Assembly (NCBI RefSeq): GCF_009834535.1
Contig: NC_045697.1
Location: 27,592,001 to 27,656,000, forward strand
Direction: 5' to 3'
From: Camelus ferus
Lineage: Eukaryota
DNA: 64,000 bases
Shown: positions 60,982 to 64,000 of the stretch, piece after piece
Layout: each line of letters opens with the position of its first letter
How positions within the stretch are numbered: the stretch's first letter is position 1
Made by a program: the position numbers and the translations under genes
Notes under the pieces: model-generated
Told to the model about the DNA's origin: nothing
Database searches by the model: none
Seen by the model: the letters and a program-made list of their open reading frames with translations, nothing else

Positions 60982-61477
60982 TGTGGCCCTCATGGTCCCT
61001 CCCGCCTGGTATTCGTGCCCTTGTGTGATCCCCTCCCCCTGAGTGTAGCTGGGACCTATGACTTGCGTCTAGCCAATAGAATATGGCCAATGTGATGCGA
61101 TGCCACTCTTACCATTACATTCTGTTATATGACACAGTAGATGGGATAGCACCACCCTCCCCATGATTACATCATGTTATGTAAGGCTCTGTCTTGCTAG
61201 TAAATGCACTGTAGAGTCTTGCTCTCCTCACCAGGCTTTGAGCAATCAAGCTTCTACAAGTCCTACAGCTGCAAGAAAATGAATGGTGCCAGCAAGTGAA
61301 ATGAGCTTGGAAGCACACCCTTCCCCAGATGAGCCTCTAGATGAGAACCCAGCGCTGGCTGACACCTTAACTGTAGCCTTTTAGAAGACCCACATAAACT
61401 GTGAGATAGCAAGCGTGTGTTGCTTTCAGTCACTAAGTTTGTGGTAACTGGTCACGCAGCGGTGGAAAATGAAGACA
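60982..61477 (+). mobile_element. MaLR LTR, MLT1E-like
   Basis: CCTGGTATTCGTGCCCTTGTGTGATCCCCTCCCC, CTAGCCAATAGAATATGGC, GTCCTACAGCTGCAAG, CACTAAGTTTGTGGTAA...GACA. Confidence 0.8.
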
Positions 61478-61779
61478 CTTACTTTGATAATTTATTTTTC
61501 TGACCAAGGATTCTTGGACTGGCTTTATTTCTGTAAGTCTGAACACTGTTGGGTTTTGGTTGCTTTCACCATTAATAATATGATGTCCACATACACATGG
61601 ATATTTTCTCTTTAAGGTAGAACTGACCTAGGTCACAGCATCCAACGGCCTTGTATGAACAAGAGTATTTCCCATTTTGCACATATATCAAGCCAGCTTG
61701 TGATTTTTAGCAGCAAGTGATTCTCAAACTCCTTTGTAGAATTGAGCTTGGCCTGAAAATTGCTCAAAAATCCAATCTG

Positions 61780-62330
61780 ACTGCTGGTGGAACTGTAATG
61801 GATTGAAACTTTTTGGAAGGTATGGTTGCAGTATGCATCTAAGCTCTGAATATATGCACCCCATTTGGTCCATTTGACCCAGAAATTCTTTTTTAGAAAG
61901 TTATGTCAAAAACATAGTCAGACAAATGTTCAAAGAAGTATGTACAAGGATGTTCATTACAGCATTATTTACAATACTTAAAAATTGAAAACAACATAAA
62001 TGATCCAGTAGGTTAATTAACTTAGAGATGAGCTGTACAATGGAGTACCAGGTAGCCATTTAACATTTTTCTGTGGATGTATAATTTTTAGTCACAGGAC
62101 AGTGTAAGCAAAAATAAGAAAGAATATACAAAAGAATCTGTAATACATCCACGTTTGTGTGTGTGTGTGTGTAAAATATACATACACATTGAAAAATAAA
62201 ACTGGATATACATCAAAATGTTAACAATGATTATATCTGGGTAGTGAAATTAAGGATAATTTTATTTATTAATTTCTTGGCTATATTTTCTAATGTTCCT
62301 ACAATGTTCACACACAATTTGTACCATTTA
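61780..62330 (+). mobile_element. Old L1 3' end (L1ME-like)
   Basis: TTTGACCCAGAAATTC, ACAAGGATGTTCATTACAGCATT, CAAAATGTTAACAATGATTATATCTGGGT. Confidence 0.75.
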
Positions 62331-63681
62331 AAAAACTCACAATGTGTTTTTTGGTTTATTTTTTGTTTTTTAAGTGATGCTGGCTGTTTTTAAATTCCTG
62401 ATTTCTTTGTGGATTAGGTCTGGCTGATGGCACAGAGACCCTCTGGACCTTTCTACCTGACATTGAGAACATGGTCTCTGCACACAATGTCTGTACCCTC
62501 CCACTTCTGTCCCCCAAACAGGTTGCCACATGCATCTGGCTGTCACTCAGTCTCAGCCCAAGGTCACCCAAGTGACTCACACTTCAACAATAACACCTCC
62601 TTGAAAAGAAATCTTTTACCATAGCATCATGTTATTACTGGTCCCCAAAATGCTAAACAACAGATCTAATCTAAACCACAACAAATTAATTCCATGCTAG
62701 GTATTGGTGGTAGAGATAGCTTTGTAAAAAAAAAAAGAAAGTATAAATGCTCAGGGAGTGGAAGGCTGCAGAAAAACACAAATATTTGTCCTATAAACAC
62801 TTATTAGATAATCACTGTCATTGGTAAAACCATTTACAAAAAAGCACACATTATGCATTTTTATTGTTTGTTTAGAAAATAAAATTATGCTGTATTAAAT
62901 GCTCTTTAGTCTCTGCTTTTATTTTCTTCCTCTAGATTCTTCGTAGATGTATTTTAAGAGTGAACAGAGATGTGGAGAGTGTGAGAGAGAAGGGTTAGGG
63001 TGCTAGAGGAAAGGAAGGATGGAGTGAGAGAGTCTGGGAATTTATGGTAACTGAGTGCCTGCCAGGCGCCAGGTGCTGCACCAGGTGCTGGGGTGCACTG
63101 CCCACTCGTGAAGGAGGCACAGGCGAGGCTCAGAGAGCCCCAGCCAGCACAAAGAAAGATTAGGGCAAAAAGAAGAAAGAAAAAACACAGCAAGTGGGGA
63201 CATTATAAGCCCACGGCCGTTGGGGAATCACTGAACAGGAGTGCTCTGTGGGAATAGAAAGGGAGAAGGGAGCCACAGAGGCAAGACTCCCCCGAGCTCT
63301 CCTTTTTCTAAGCCCATTTGTGATCACAATGGGCACATTTGGCAGGAGGTCAAAAGTACACTCTGCTGTTCTTGTTGAAATGGGACGTGGTGCTGAAGCA
63401 GTGGAGGAACTGGGCAAGGAGGGGTGAGGAAATTGGGAAGAGGGAAGAGAATGGAGTTACCATTTCTAGGTAATAAGTCAGTCTGGGTGAGGAAGAGAAA
63501 GGGTTGGGGGAGGCAGTGTCATTCCATTCTATGATAGTGAGACCTCCCGTGCTTTATTAAGGAAAGACAAAAAGCTAAAAAAAAAAAAAAAAAAAAAAAA
63601 AAAGACTCTTTTAGCCTTTTTGCCAAGCCTCAAAGAATACAGAAATTGTTGAATAATCAGGCTTCATCAGGAGAAAGGCAG

Positions 63682-64000
63682 GGTGGTCTGAATGCTGTGT
63701 CCCTCCAAAATTCATATGTTGGAATCCCGCCCCCTAAAGTGGTGGTATGAGGAGATAGGGCCTTTGGGGTGATTAGAACATGAAAGCAGGACCATCCTGG
63801 TGGGGATTAGTGCCTTTGTGAAAAAGAGCTGGCTTGTCCCTTCTGCCCGGTGAGGTGACAGGGAGAGGATCATCAGTGAGGAAGCTGATTCTCATGACAC
63901 TGAATCTGCTGCCACCTTGATCTCAGAATTCCCGGCCTCCAGAACTGTGAGAAATAAATTTCTATTGCTTCTAAGCTGCCTACTTTATGGTATTTTGTTA
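63682..64000 (+). mobile_element. MaLR LTR, MLT1A/MST-like (runs off the window end)
   Basis: GGTCTGAATG...CCAAAATTCATATGTTG, GGGATTAGTGCC, CACCTTGATCT...GCCTCCAGAACTGTGAGAAATAAATTTCT. Confidence 0.85.

Noticed and set aside
63577..63603. A27 run as a retrocopy tail
   Set aside because: No upstream SINE, L1 or mRNA body recognised and no convincing TSD; treated as a simple mononucleotide repeat.
1..64000. MLT1A-like LTRs at both window ends as one giant element
   Set aside because: They are in opposite orientation, clearly diverged and from a very high-copy family; independent solo LTRs.

Overview
Mammalian, repeat-rich, apparently non-coding DNA (intergenic or deep intronic). Two copies of a tRNA-derived SINE resembling camelid vic-1, with no Alu, Bov-tA, PRE-1 or carnivore SINEs seen, suggest a camelid genome. 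Much of the window is recognisable interspersed repeat: MaLR/ERVL LTRs (MLT1, MER21, LTR16, LTR33, LTR41), L1, L2, MIR and DNA transposons (MER2, MER3, MER5, MER58, Charlie), several of them nested. I recognise no protein-coding gene; the supplied ORFs are repeat-derived, microsatellite-derived or chance. The most notable non-repeat element is a small orphan CpG island at about 21.75-22.1 kb with GC boxes, a perfect AGGTCA-N5-AGGTCA (DR5/RORE) site and adjacent (GT)n tracts. It may drive a minus-strand spliced non-coding RNA. Other points of interest are a pure (GAA)33 tract with an odd CpG-rich flank, a triplicated tRNA-Leu PBS-like motif, an alternating triple CCAAT array and a transposon-derived ARE. 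I found no convincing novel biological system. Repeat subfamily names come from recalled consensus sequences, and boundaries are approximate until checked with RepeatMasker/Dfam.
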